A DNA stretch of 63,896 bases, filler included, from Bradymonadales bacterium (GTDB lineage Bacteria > Bdellovibrionota > UBA2394), in assembly GCA_007693605.1 (NCBI GenBank). It is 5 parts of 4 records of this genome, joined end to end, with 100 filler letters (N's around TTAATTAATTAA, not from the genome) between each part and the next. Parts side by side here need not be neighbours in the genome. Positions count along the whole stretch, not along the records: positions 48,898 to 57,512 come from REDG01000051.1; positions 57,613 to 63,896 come from REDG01000008.1; 3 more parts are not named here. One strand, written 5' to 3'. Positions 48,898-58,585 of the stretch are shown piece by piece (positions within the stretch are counted from its first letter, which is position 1; the number at the start of each line of letters is the position of its first letter). The position numbers were made by a program, and so were the translations under genes. Below the pieces are notes generated by a model. It saw only the letters and a program-made list of their open reading frames with translations. It was not told the origin of the DNA and ran no database searches.

Positions 48898-49916
48898 TGA
48901 GGTAGATACTTTGAAAGATAGACGATATGGCGACCCCCATAGGTCGACGCCTTTTCAAAATTTGTGTGCTCAATCACTCCGACGAAAGGGAAGTTTGGGT
49001 CGTTCACATTGAGCCAATAGGTGTTTGAAAGAGATCGATCCAGTTCTAAGACTAAGCACAGGTTTGCCAAGTACTGAATTCGATTCAAAGATCGTTGATA
49101 CTCAGCAGTCGCCCATTCAGAGATCATCTTTGAAATGAGTGGTAGAGCAGTCGTGCAGATGACATTGCTCGCGATGAAATCACCGTGATTGGTTTTCACA
49201 CTCCAAGCTTCCTCCCCCACTTGGGGCCGAATGGATTGAACGGAATGGTCCGTTTTGACCTCGCCCCCTGCGCTTAAAATGCGGTCTTGAAGGCATTCCG
49301 CTAGCCGCACAAAGCCGCCCTTAAGATAGGCGAGTCGTTCTTCTCCCCCCTTTCCTCGACTGCCTCCTCGCAGTTTGAGCTTGTTCCAAAACCATACGGC
49401 GGATATCTGGGAAGCCGCCGCACCAAATTTGCCCTTTAGTAAGGGCTCCCAGACCACTCGGTAGACGCTTTCACCACCGAGATCCCGCAGCCACTCTTCT
49501 GCGCTCAAAGCTTCTAGGGGTTGCCAATTCTTAATGCGACGAGCGCGAACGGCCAAGAGGCCTAGCCTGATCCGATTGAAAAAACTCAAAGGCCTAAAAT
49601 TCAAGAGATCCATTGGTGTAGAAAGTCTAAAGAAATTATTGGCGTAGTAGACCCCAGTTCGAGTGGGATGAATCTCCACTTGATCGAGCAGATCCAGTTC
49701 TGTCACGAGCTTCATCACCGCTTCGTCATTCGTAAACCAGTGATGATAGAATTTGTCGAGCCTCTCCCCCTTTACTTGGAAAGCCGAGGCCAGCCCTCCC
49801 ACCCCTGAATCAGCTTCAAGTACAACAACCGAAAAGCCTTTGCGGCTGAGATCGTAAGCGGCAGAAAGGCCGGTAAAACCACCCCCTACAATCACAAAAT
49901 CATGTTGGCGCTTCAT
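48898..49916 (-). CDS. NAD(P)/FAD-dependent oxidoreductase (protoporphyrinogen oxidase-like), 3' truncated
   Basis: VIVGGGFTGL, GGLA, KFYHHWF, YWLNVND, IEHTNF. Confidence 0.9.
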
Positions 49917-50901
49917 GACCTAACTTTCTCAAAGAAAAGCCAAGGGGTCGATTCAATAAATACAAAGCTCCCGCGAGGGTCGGAAGTAGCCAGATCAAGA
50001 GGTGGGTGAGAAGTGAAAAGGCGGTCGATGCCGCTTGGGAGTTGTGGGTCCAAACCATAGCCTGAATGACAAAGAAATCGAAGGTCCCAATATAACCCGG
50101 TGTGCTTGGGATCAGGGTAGCGAGGGTTCCTAGCGGGAGAGCCAGCCAGGCTCCAATAGGGGAGCTCAAAGCGGGGAGTGAGAACGCCAACGAAACAAAG
50201 AAAAGACCCTCGAAAAGCCATACCAACAAAGACAAGCCCAAGAGTTTGAGAACCTGAGACTTTTCAGAGGCTGCGTTCAGGCAAACAAAACCGGCTTTCA
50301 CTTCTTTTCTAACTCTTTCCGCCCACCTGGCAGAAAACTGAAATAGAAAGCCTGCGATCCACAAGCAATACTTTTCAAATCTTCTCGGCCAAAGCGTCAA
50401 TAGCAGGAGTCCTGCGCTCCCGCAAAGGCAGAGCGTTAAAGCAAGACCAGACCAATGGGGGAGTGCATCTTCAAAAAAATACATCGCAGCGCTCAAGAAC
50501 ATCAAGAGAGTCATGAGATCAAAGACTCTTTCTAAAAACAAGCTGGCGATGCTGGTTCCTGAAGTTACTTGCAACTGTCTATTGAACAGAAACGCTCTCG
50601 CCACATCTCCCAACCTGAATGGCAAAACATTGTTTAGAGCAAATCCAGCCAACAAGGGGCCACCGGCTTGGCGGAAGTAATGCAGTCCAGCCTTTGGTTG
50701 TAGAATCCGAGCCCATCGAAAAATTCTCAGACAATATCCTCCCGAAAGAAACAGAAGTCCAAGAAAGATCCAGCCCAGATGGATGTCCTGAAACGAACGT
50801 AAAAAATCTTGCCAACTCGTTTTTCTAGCAATCATCCAGACAAAAAAAATGCCCAGAGCAATCCCGATACTCAGACGAATATATTTTGAGATTCCGTTCA
50901 T
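49900..50901 (-). CDS. lysylphosphatidylglycerol-synthase TM domain (flippase-like) protein
   Basis: RIFRW, NNVLPFRLGDVAR, ERVFD, PSTPGYIGTF. Confidence 0.88.
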   Translation of the reverse strand: MNGISKYIRLSIGIALGIFFVWMIARKTSWQDFLRSFQDIHLGWIFLGLLFLSGGYCLRIFRWARILQPKAGLHYFRQAGGPLLAGFALNNVLPFRLGDVARAFLFNRQLQVTSGTSIASLFLERVFDLMTLLMFLSAAMYFFEDALPHWSGLALTLCLCGSAGLLLLTLWPRRFEKYCLWIAGFLFQFSARWAERVRKEVKAGFVCLNAASEKSQVLKLLGLSLLVWLFEGLFFVSLAFSLPALSSPIGAWLALPLGTLATLIPSTPGYIGTFDFFVIQAMVWTHNSQAASTAFSLLTHLLIWLLPTLAGALYLLNRPLGFSLRKLGHEAPT

Positions 50902-51884
50902 GTGGAGGGAGGGGCTTCTTCTCGAAAGCCCACTTTACTCTCAATGATGTAGAGAGGTCGTCTCTTGACTTCATTGTAGATTCGACCCACATACTCTCCC
51001 AGTATTCCAACTGAGAGAAGTTGGACCCCGCCGATAAAAAGAACGGCAATCATGAGAGCCGACCAGCCCTCGACCCAGTTGTTTGTCATCAGTCGTTGTG
51101 CCAAGACAAGGACGATGCCGATCATTGCCAGACAGGCGGCAATAAGGCCCAACACAATGGAGAGCTGCAAGGGCTTGGTAGAAAATGAGAGTATTCCATC
51201 CGCTGCAAAGCGAATCATTTTGATTAAGGGGTATTTGCTTGTTCCAGCAAAGCGAGGGGCTCGTCGGTAGGGTAGTGACACTTGCTTAAAGCCTACCCAG
51301 CTCACCATTCCCCTAATGAAACGATCTCTTTCTGGCATTTGCTTCAAATTGTCAATCACAGGTCGACTCATGAGTCTAAAGTCTCCGGTATCAAGCGGAA
51401 TGGGCACATCTGAAAGCCTATTCAACAGACGATAAAACCATCGGGCCGCTCCCTTTTTAAACGCAGACTCTCCCTCTCTTTCGATGCGGGTTGCGTACAC
51501 AACATCATTGCCCTCCTCCCATTTATCAATCATCTCTAGGATGACCTGGGGAGGGTCTTGCAAATCGGCATCGATTAAGACCACCGCGTCACCTGAAGAA
51601 GCGTCGACTCCAGCAGTCACCGCGAGTTGATGTCCAAAGTTTCGGGCGAAGCTGATCACTTTAACTCGAGAGTCTTCTTTGGCGGCACGAATCAAGATTT
51701 CCGCTGTTTGATCACGGCTGCCATCGTCCACAAAAATCAGCTCTGTCTCATACTGTGGAATGGCTTCTGTGAGTTCAATCAATCGCTTGAGCGTTTCACC
51801 AATGACTTCCTGCTCATTGAAGCAAGGGATGACAATGGAAAAAAGTTTCTTTTGAGCCGCTATACTAGAGGGGAGTATTGCCAT
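50898..51884 (-). CDS. GT2 polyprenol-phosphate glycosyltransferase (GtrB-like)
   Basis: SIVIPCFNE, VDDGSRD, RNFGHQ, DADLQDPP, GDFRLM, two C-terminal TMs. Confidence 0.95.
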   Translation of the reverse strand: MAILPSSIAAQKKLFSIVIPCFNEQEVIGETLKRLIELTEAIPQYETELIFVDDGSRDQTAEILIRAAKEDSRVKVISFARNFGHQLAVTAGVDASSGDAVVLIDADLQDPPQVILEMIDKWEEGNDVVYATRIEREGESAFKKGAARWFYRLLNRLSDVPIPLDTGDFRLMSRPVIDNLKQMPERDRFIRGMVSWVGFKQVSLPYRRAPRFAGTSKYPLIKMIRFAADGILSFSTKPLQLSIVLGLIAACLAMIGIVLVLAQRLMTNNWVEGWSALMIAVLFIGGVQLLSVGILGEYVGRIYNEVKRRPLYIIESKVGFREEAPPST

Positions 51885-51891
51885 ACAAGTC

Positions 51892-53418
51892 TTATCCTTT
51901 TTTATCAAATCCCTTTTTTCGCCAAATTCCAATCTTCCCAAAAAAGCCCTCAAAGTCAAAGTGCTCCTCAACAAATGAAAACAGCTCGGGATAATCATTA
52001 AGAGGAAAGTGCTCATAATCGTTAATGGCGGCAGGGTGGGTGTCCACAAAGATCACGGGCTGATTCCGCTTCATATCTTCCAGATAAATCCTCAGGTGGT
52101 CAGGGTTTGGAAGTCGCTCTCCTGTAGAGTGGCCTGGCAGCCGACCGGATACATAGTCAGCAAGAATGAATCGCGTGGCAGAGCCCCTTTGGCTTTGAGT
52201 GTAGATTTGGGCAGCCATTCCCCAAACGACGATTCTATCGTCCTGACTTGTTGTTTCCTTGATGTAACGGGAGGCTTCTCGAATCTTCTCTTGAACCCTC
52301 AAGTCAAAAGAGTGAATTTTGCCCCCCGGATTGAAAACGGGAAAAATCGCATCTCTGAAGGTGGTGATCATAAAAAAAATGAAGAAAGGCAGAACCACAA
52401 GAACGCCAAAGGCCTTGCCCCATCTTGCTTTCGAAAGAGTAAACACCCCAAAGGCACTCGTCAGGGATAGAAAGAATGCCGCGGGCACAAAGTAATGACT
52501 GTAGAGGCGACCACTTACAACGATGAAGAGGATCGCCCCCAGTGAGCCAGCCAACAAGATCGCAAAGCCTGGCGACATCTTTTGGGTAATCAGCTGATAG
52601 CCGATTCCAATCGAGAGTGCAGGCCAGAGGGCAATACAGATCAAGAATGGAGAGATCCAGGGGCGGCTTTGCTCGATCACCGTGTGATGGGTCATGTAGC
52701 CCAAGTTGTCCCAAAGCGTCCACTGCAGAAACTCCCCCAAGGTTCCGCTCGACCAAAAGACAAGAACTGTAGCCGAGTACACAAGCCCAACCCCAAGACC
52801 TACGACGAAGAAAGCGCGGAGACTTTTGGCTCGCAGACTGGGGATCAGAGGAAAGCTGAGAATGGCCAGGGCATAGGGGAGAAAAGCATTCTGTTTTATC
52901 AGTGTAGCGAGAGCGGCCACTACGGCACTAACAAAAATGTAGCGATGAAACTGCTTCGGAGAGTTGATTGCCTTGAGCAAAAACAAAAAGCTCAAAAAAA
53001 GCGCCAAGACCATGGGGATTTCTGTATTGGCACTAGTGAATTCACGCGAGAAGGAGGAGCTGTAGAGAGCAATCAAGATTGCGGTCACTCCCTTCGGGGG
53101 CGGCACGGAAAGCTGTTGAGAGATTTTTTCGCCCAGCATACATAGCAGAAAGACGAAAAGAATGAAGCTCAAATGGATGGCGTGGACATTGAAAAAACCA
53201 AAGAGCTCTCCGATCACTCGGTAAATAGCCAAGAACAGTGGTGGCTTTCTGTCGACGGCATCGAGATACAAGCTACCGTAGTGACTCCAAGCCTCCGCCA
53301 CCGCCAAATAAACATGCTCATCCACTGAGATCCCAAAGGGTTCAAGCCAATAGACGATCCGAGCGGCCACAATCAAAAGGAGCAGGGCAAACCAAAACAA
53401 GACGGAAGAACTCAGCAT
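51892..53418 (-). CDS. ArnT/PMT-like (GT-C) integral membrane glycosyltransferase
   Basis: VDEHVY, LYLDAVDRKPP, NTE, KQN, HYF motifs; many TMs. Confidence 0.85.
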   Translation of the reverse strand: MLSSSVLFWFALLLLIVAARIVYWLEPFGISVDEHVYLAVAEAWSHYGSLYLDAVDRKPPLFLAIYRVIGELFGFFNVHAIHLSFILFVFLLCMLGEKISQQLSVPPPKGVTAILIALYSSSFSREFTSANTEIPMVLALFLSFLFLLKAINSPKQFHRYIFVSAVVAALATLIKQNAFLPYALAILSFPLIPSLRAKSLRAFFVVGLGVGLVYSATVLVFWSSGTLGEFLQWTLWDNLGYMTHHTVIEQSRPWISPFLICIALWPALSIGIGYQLITQKMSPGFAILLAGSLGAILFIVVSGRLYSHYFVPAAFFLSLTSAFGVFTLSKARWGKAFGVLVVLPFFIFFMITTFRDAIFPVFNPGGKIHSFDLRVQEKIREASRYIKETTSQDDRIVVWGMAAQIYTQSQRGSATRFILADYVSGRLPGHSTGERLPNPDHLRIYLEDMKRNQPVIFVDTHPAAINDYEHFPLNDYPELFSFVEEHFDFEGFFGKIGIWRKKGFDKKG

Positions 53419-53713
53419 AGACTCATAGGCAAGTCGATCTAGGGGCCCTGTGGCAATCCTCTTTTCTGTCTCGTTTTTCCCGAAACCCTATTTCGGTGAA
53501 TGACTTTGCGCTATGGGCCTTCCGTATCACTCCCCAATCAAGAGTTTGGCGACAATCTCATCCCATAAAGAGCCGTTCGGAGCGATTGGGCTTGAGCAGG
53601 CTTCTTGGGGGCCAGTACGGCTCGGCTGGCCCAAGGAGGGGGCTCCCTGGGGCGAGAAAGTCGCATCTAAGGCCCAGAACAGGGGATTTTGGGCTTCCTG
53701 GGGGCCACAGACT

Positions 53714-53729
53714 TGGCACGGAATATGCA
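53714..53729 (+). promoter_or_regulatory. sigma54 (-24/-12) promoter
   Basis: TGGCACGGAATATGCA: GG-N10-GC, about 45 nt before ATG 53774. Confidence 0.7.
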
Positions 53730-53773
53730 AAAATTGCAGACTGCCTACATTTTGCAGGGCATCAGGGGGTAAT

Positions 53774-54079
53774 ATGAGTCAAAGGGGTCATACTCACAGC
53801 CAGTCTCTCTCAAATTCCAGTCGTTTGGGGGATCTCCTCGTCCGAAGGGGCCAGCTTCGAAGTTATCAGCTGAACTTTCTTTTGAGGCTTCAGCAGGCCT
53901 ATCGGGCAGTCGCCAGGAATTTCCGGCTTGGCGAACTCCTGGTCAGTCATCGTGCCGTTGAGCTCGCCGTCGTCGAACAAGGCCTTGCCCTTCAAAAAGT
54001 CTATCTCCGACAGGAAACCCACGAGCTGGATGAAATTTTGAGTCAGTTTGAAGAAGTGACTCAAACCAAAAAGCCCTAA
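53774..54079 (+). CDS. minimal MshEN-motif protein (putative c-di-GMP receptor)
   Basis: RLGDLLVRRGQLRSYQLNFLLRLQ and RLGELLVSHRAVELAVVEQGLALQ; SD AGGGGG before ATG 53774. Confidence 0.75.
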   Translation: MSQRGHTHSQSLSNSSRLGDLLVRRGQLRSYQLNFLLRLQQAYRAVARNFRLGELLVSHRAVELAVVEQGLALQKVYLRQETHELDEILSQFEEVTQTKKP

Positions 54080-54099
54080 AGGCCCATCTGCCCCCGCTC

Positions 54100-54942
54100 T
54101 CAGGTCGACCTCCGGTCGACGATGCTTGCGGGTGGCTGTAGCGTTCCTTTCCCGCCTTGTTCTGAAAACTTTCTGATTCTATTGCGTAGGCTTCTTGCGA
54201 GCTTTGGGGATCCGGCGACGAGATTGATTGGGATCTCAGCCCGTTCTTTGGAGCTAGGAGAATCCAGAGATAGAACCTGGCCTCCGGCTTGTCGTATCAA
54301 GAGGGCGGCAGCTGCCACATCCCATTTTTCTAAACCAAACTGCCAAAAACCACTCAAACGGCCCGCGGCCACGAAGGCCAAATCCAGTGCGGCTGAGCCA
54401 CTCCTTCGAATGCCCAAAGACCGATCAAAAAAATCAAGAAACTGTCCCAAATGATCGACCCCCTTATTCTTCAGATCGTAGGGAAATCCCGTTCCCAGTA
54501 AGGCCTTCGAAAGCGAATCGGATCTCAGTCTTAGGGGTTTTCGATTGCAAAAAGCTCTGTCGCCTCTTTTGGCCGAAAAGAGCTCTTTTCGAAGGGGGTC
54601 ATAGATCACACCGACTTGAAGTTGGTTGTTTTCTTCGAAGGCGATCGAAACACAAAAATGAGGATAACCCATTTTAAAATTAGTGGTTCCGTCGAGAGGG
54701 TCGATAATCCAACGGCGAGGAGCCTCTGCTGTTCGCGAGAATGGCCCTTCCTCCGCCAAAATCGAATCGCCCGGAAACTCCCGCTGAATCGCTCGAACGA
54801 TTAAGTTCTGAGCCTTCTCATCCGCTTCGGTGACAAAATTTCGCCTCGCTTTTAGTTTAAAGCGAACTTCCTTTTCAAAAAGAGCCCTCAAACAATGGCC
54901 GGCCTTTTCGGCCACTGAAGTCGCGAGCTTCCATTCTCTCAT
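54100..54942 (-). CDS. suhB: inositol monophosphatase family protein
   Basis: VTEAD, WIIDPLDGTTNF, RRSGSAALDL, WDVAA. Confidence 0.9.
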   Translation of the reverse strand: MREWKLATSVAEKAGHCLRALFEKEVRFKLKARRNFVTEADEKAQNLIVRAIQREFPGDSILAEEGPFSRTAEAPRRWIIDPLDGTTNFKMGYPHFCVSIAFEENNQLQVGVIYDPLRKELFSAKRGDRAFCNRKPLRLRSDSLSKALLGTGFPYDLKNKGVDHLGQFLDFFDRSLGIRRSGSAALDLAFVAAGRLSGFWQFGLEKWDVAAAALLIRQAGGQVLSLDSPSSKERAEIPINLVAGSPKLARSLRNRIRKFSEQGGKGTLQPPASIVDRRST

Positions 54943-56099
54943 TTCACCTTCTCAAAGGCTTGATCGAGATCTTTCCAAAGGTCCTCTAAGGCTTCAATTC
55001 CGACGGAAAGTCTGATCAAAGAATCACTGACTCCAATTTTCTCGCGCATCTCTCGCGGGATACTGGCATGAGTCATAATTGCGGGGTGTTCGATTAAACT
55101 CTCAACGCCGCCAAGACTTTCAGCCAACGAAAAGATCTTGGTACTCTCCAGAAAGCTGGTGGCGCCTTGCAGATTCGACTTCAAAACAAAACTCAACATT
55201 CCCCCAAAATCTTTCATCTGTTGACTCGCCACCTGAAAATCTGGGTGAGACTCTAAGCCCGGGTACATGACTCTTTCAACCTTCGGATGTCGCTCCAATC
55301 TTTTGGCAATCTCAAGAGCATTCTTCGAGTGCTGGGCCATTCTCAACGCGAGAGTTTTACTGCCCCGAAGACAAAGAAAGCAATCCCAGGGAGCGGGCAC
55401 TCCGCCCAATGTGTTCTGAAGAAAGCGAAGCTTTTCAGCCCAGTCGGGCAGGTTCGTGCCAATAAAGCCACCGACGACATCTGAATGTCCTCCAATATAT
55501 TTCGTGGTGGAATGAAGAACAAAATCAGCTCCAAGTAAGAGGGGATTTTGTAGGGCAGGAGACATAAAGGTGTTATCCACCAGAACTAAAATTCCATGTT
55601 CCTTTGCCCATTGACTAATTCGTTTGATATCGAAAATCTTCAGAAGCGGATTGGTCGGGCTCTCTAGCCAAATCATTTTCGTATTCTGTTTTCTCAGTCG
55701 ATCGAGTTCTGAGATTTTCCGAAGGTCCGCATAGTCAAACTCCTGACCAAATCGTCGCATCACCTTGTCAAAAATTCGAAAAGTTCCTCCATAGACATCG
55801 TCCGCCACAATGAAGTGATCGCCGGGCCCAAAGCTCATCATCATGGCGTTTGCAGCGGCGCAGCCTGACGAAAAACAGATACCTGCGCTGGCGGCCTCTA
55901 AGCTCGCCAAATTCTCCTCCAAAGCCTTTCGGGTCGGGTTTTGGGTTCGAGCGTATTCGTATCCTTTGTGTTTGCCCGGACTCTCCTGCACAAAGGTAGA
56001 GCTCTGAAAAACAGGTGTCATGATGGCGCCCGTACTGGGGTCCGGAGCCTGCCCCGCATGAATCGCTCTTGTCGCAAACTCGAACTCAGAATCTGTCAT
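54939..56099 (-). CDS. cystathionine gamma-lyase/synthase
   Basis: YEYARTQNPT, DDVYGGT, ESPTNP, HSTTKYIGGHSD, LAESLGGVESL. Confidence 0.95.
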   Translation of the reverse strand: MTDSEFEFATRAIHAGQAPDPSTGAIMTPVFQSSTFVQESPGKHKGYEYARTQNPTRKALEENLASLEAASAGICFSSGCAAANAMMMSFGPGDHFIVADDVYGGTFRIFDKVMRRFGQEFDYADLRKISELDRLRKQNTKMIWLESPTNPLLKIFDIKRISQWAKEHGILVLVDNTFMSPALQNPLLLGADFVLHSTTKYIGGHSDVVGGFIGTNLPDWAEKLRFLQNTLGGVPAPWDCFLCLRGSKTLALRMAQHSKNALEIAKRLERHPKVERVMYPGLESHPDFQVASQQMKDFGGMLSFVLKSNLQGATSFLESTKIFSLAESLGGVESLIEHPAIMTHASIPREMREKIGVSDSLIRLSVGIEALEDLWKDLDQAFEKVK

Positions 56100-57124
56100 C
56101 TCTGTTCTCCTGCTGCTGCCACTCGAGACTGTTCTGAAAGGTCAAAGCCCTTCTCTTTTAGCCAGTCGTCGTTAAAGACCTTTGAAAGATAGCGGGAACC
56201 AGAGTCGGGCAGAATGACGAGCGGGAACTGATCTTTCGACGGCTGCTTCTCTGCCCACTTGATGGCCCCTTGCACGGCAAAACCACAGGAGCCCCCCACA
56301 AAGAGACCTTCTTCTCGGGCCAATCGACGGGTCATGACAAAAGACTCTTCGTCGGTCACCTGAATGATCTCATCCACAAGATTGAGATCGATGGTGGAAG
56401 GTAAAAAATCTTCGCCAACCCCTTCTACCAGATAGGGATGGGCCGTTCCTAAGTTTCCGGTTCTTTTCAGATCGGCATAGACGGATCCGATGGGGTCAAC
56501 GCCCACGACCCAGATCTTGGGATTTTTCTCCTTTAAAAAACGAGCAATGCCCGAGATGGTGCCACCTGTGCCCAAGCCTGCAATCAGGCAACTAATCTTA
56601 CCGTCGGTCTGCCTCCAGATCTCGGGCCCTGTGCTTTCGTAATGGGTTAGGGGGTTGTCTGGGTTGTGGTATTGGTTCGCGTAAAAGGCGTTGGGTGTTT
56701 CCGAGGCGATTCTTTTGGCCACGGAATAGTAGCTGCGAGGGTCTTCAGGTTCGACATTGGTCGGCGTGATCACCACTTTGGCCCCAAAGGCTCGTAGGGC
56801 CGAGATCTTCTCTTGGGACATCTTATCTGGCATGGTGAAAATGGCCTGATAGCCCTTCACGGCAGCGACAATTGCTAGGCCCATTCCAGTATTTCCTGAA
56901 GTGGCTTCGACAATCACTCCTCCGGGCTTCAGTTCTCCGCGTTTTTCGGCCTCTTCGACGAGTTTTAGAGCAATTCGGTCTTTGATCGATGAGCCAGGAT
57001 TGAAAAACTCGACCTTTGCGTAAATCGGCGTGGGCAGCGCCTTGGTCACCTGGTTGAGCCGCACAATGGGAGTTTCTCCCACACATTCCAAAATATTCGA
57101 ATAGACCTTCATTTCGTTTGTCAT
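56096..57124 (-). CDS. cystathionine beta-synthase / cysteine synthase family PLP enzyme
   Basis: NPGSSIKDR, EATSGNTG, MPDKMSQEK, GTGGT, PDSGSRYLSK; paired with the gamma-lyase. Confidence 0.92.
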   Translation of the reverse strand: MTNEMKVYSNILECVGETPIVRLNQVTKALPTPIYAKVEFFNPGSSIKDRIALKLVEEAEKRGELKPGGVIVEATSGNTGMGLAIVAAVKGYQAIFTMPDKMSQEKISALRAFGAKVVITPTNVEPEDPRSYYSVAKRIASETPNAFYANQYHNPDNPLTHYESTGPEIWRQTDGKISCLIAGLGTGGTISGIARFLKEKNPKIWVVGVDPIGSVYADLKRTGNLGTAHPYLVEGVGEDFLPSTIDLNLVDEIIQVTDEESFVMTRRLAREEGLFVGGSCGFAVQGAIKWAEKQPSKDQFPLVILPDSGSRYLSKVFNDDWLKEKGFDLSEQSRVAAAGEQR

Positions 57125-57153
57125 GCCTTTCTGTCTGGTCGTAGCTTAGGGCT

Positions 57154-57512
57154 ATGCTTCTCGACCCTCAATCAAAATTTCGTCTGAATGACCTTGAGAA
57201 CCTTGTCGATTCAAAAAAGTCCGTGAAGTTGACAACCCAAGCCCAGACCCGGCTGAAGAAGGCGCGCCAATGTGTTCTAGAAATGGCCAAGTCAGAATCC
57301 TCGTTGTACGGAATCAACACCGGCTTTGGTCGTTTGGCTCAGGTCCGGATCTCAGAAAGTGAATTGGCGGAGCTTCAGACGAATTTGATTCGATCGCACG
57401 CTTGTGGAATTGGCGAGCCACTTTCAGCGCGAGTGGTTCGGCGCATGATTCTTTTGAGGCTGATCAGTTTGGGTAAAGGATATAGCGGGCTGTCTTATCC
57501 ATTGATTGAGAG
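57154..57512 (+). CDS. hutH: histidine ammonia-lyase, 5' fragment
   Basis: YGINTGFG, LQTNLIRSHACG, GYSG; truncated at the linker. Confidence 0.88.
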
Positions 57513-57612
57513 NNNNNNNNNNNNNNNNNNNNNNNNNNNNNNNNNNNNNNNNNNNNTTAATTAATTAANNNNNNNNNNNNNNNNNNNNNNNNNNNNNNNN
57601 NNNNNNNNNNNN
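57513..57612. other. artificial contig linker
   Basis: N-run with TTAATTAATTAA. Confidence 0.98.
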
Positions 57613-57863
57613 GTCGTAACGCAAGACATCTAAGCCCGGGAGCTTCCTAGTTTTTGGGGTGGGGTCAAAACGCAGAGTGACTCAGCTCAATTCCTTACGA
57701 ACTTCGGGGCCAAGGCCGACTCCCCCGCGAAGGTTCGCCTAAAAACAAGAATGATTTGAGCCATTTGAAAAATTTGCGTAGCTGAAGTTTCCAGCTTCTT
57801 TTTGCGAATCTAGGCGGTTGGCGGCTTAGGCCCGTACAATAGAATCAAGGGAGAGTCCGCTCA

Positions 57864-58550
57864 ATGCTCTATCGTACGCGAAAAACCAAAAGAGACGCCT
57901 TCACATTGCTTGAGTTGTTGATTGGGGTCGCCATCGTCACCGGAATGGCAGCATTGGCCTATCCGGCCTACTCCAAGTATCTCACCGACGCCCGTCGATC
58001 GGAGGCTGTTGGTATGTTGATGCAAACCCTTCGCGCCCAACAAGAAATACCGCTGATATGGGCGGCCAGAGGCTCCCATCTTTCTTCTGATCAATTCAAT
58101 CTAAGTGCGAGGGGCCGGCAGCTCTGTAACAACTTTAGCTATACCGAATTTTTTGAAGTGAAAAACAGCCCGATCCCCACGCTCGGCCTACGATTTCCGG
58201 GGGCTCGTTATAATCTCATTTTGGGAAGAACCACCGAAAGTTGTCTTTCAGACGACTTAGAGGGAGTCTCGGATCTCGCTTCACTGAGTGGATATGAACA
58301 CCTGCAACCCGCTGTCAATGACTTTGGGCTGAATAGCCATGTGGGCAAGTTTATCATTGGCGCCGAACGAAATGTCGGGGGTGGACGCCTAGATGCCCTT
58401 TTTGTGACGGATACCGGAGCCCTCTTCTTGCTTTGCGATCAAGGGGAAGAGGTCAGTGCCGGCTCAGACATTTACTCAGGCGTGACGAATGAAGAGCCCA
58501 AATGCCGCGTAGGCTCAGCGGTGAACAAAGCGTCCGACGGCGATTTCTAA
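57864..58550 (+). CDS. type IV pilin-like protein (prepilin N-methylation motif, PilE-like)
   Basis: Basic leader RTRKTKRDA-FTLLELL, hydrophobic helix, AYPAY...ARRSEA; 4 Cys. Confidence 0.85.
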   Translation: MLYRTRKTKRDAFTLLELLIGVAIVTGMAALAYPAYSKYLTDARRSEAVGMLMQTLRAQQEIPLIWAARGSHLSSDQFNLSARGRQLCNNFSYTEFFEVKNSPIPTLGLRFPGARYNLILGRTTESCLSDDLEGVSDLASLSGYEHLQPAVNDFGLNSHVGKFIIGAERNVGGGRLDALFVTDTGALFLLCDQGEEVSAGSDIYSGVTNEEPKCRVGSAVNKASDGDF

Positions 58551-58585
58551 CTCAAAACCAATCAGCTCATTGAGGGCGATCGCGC

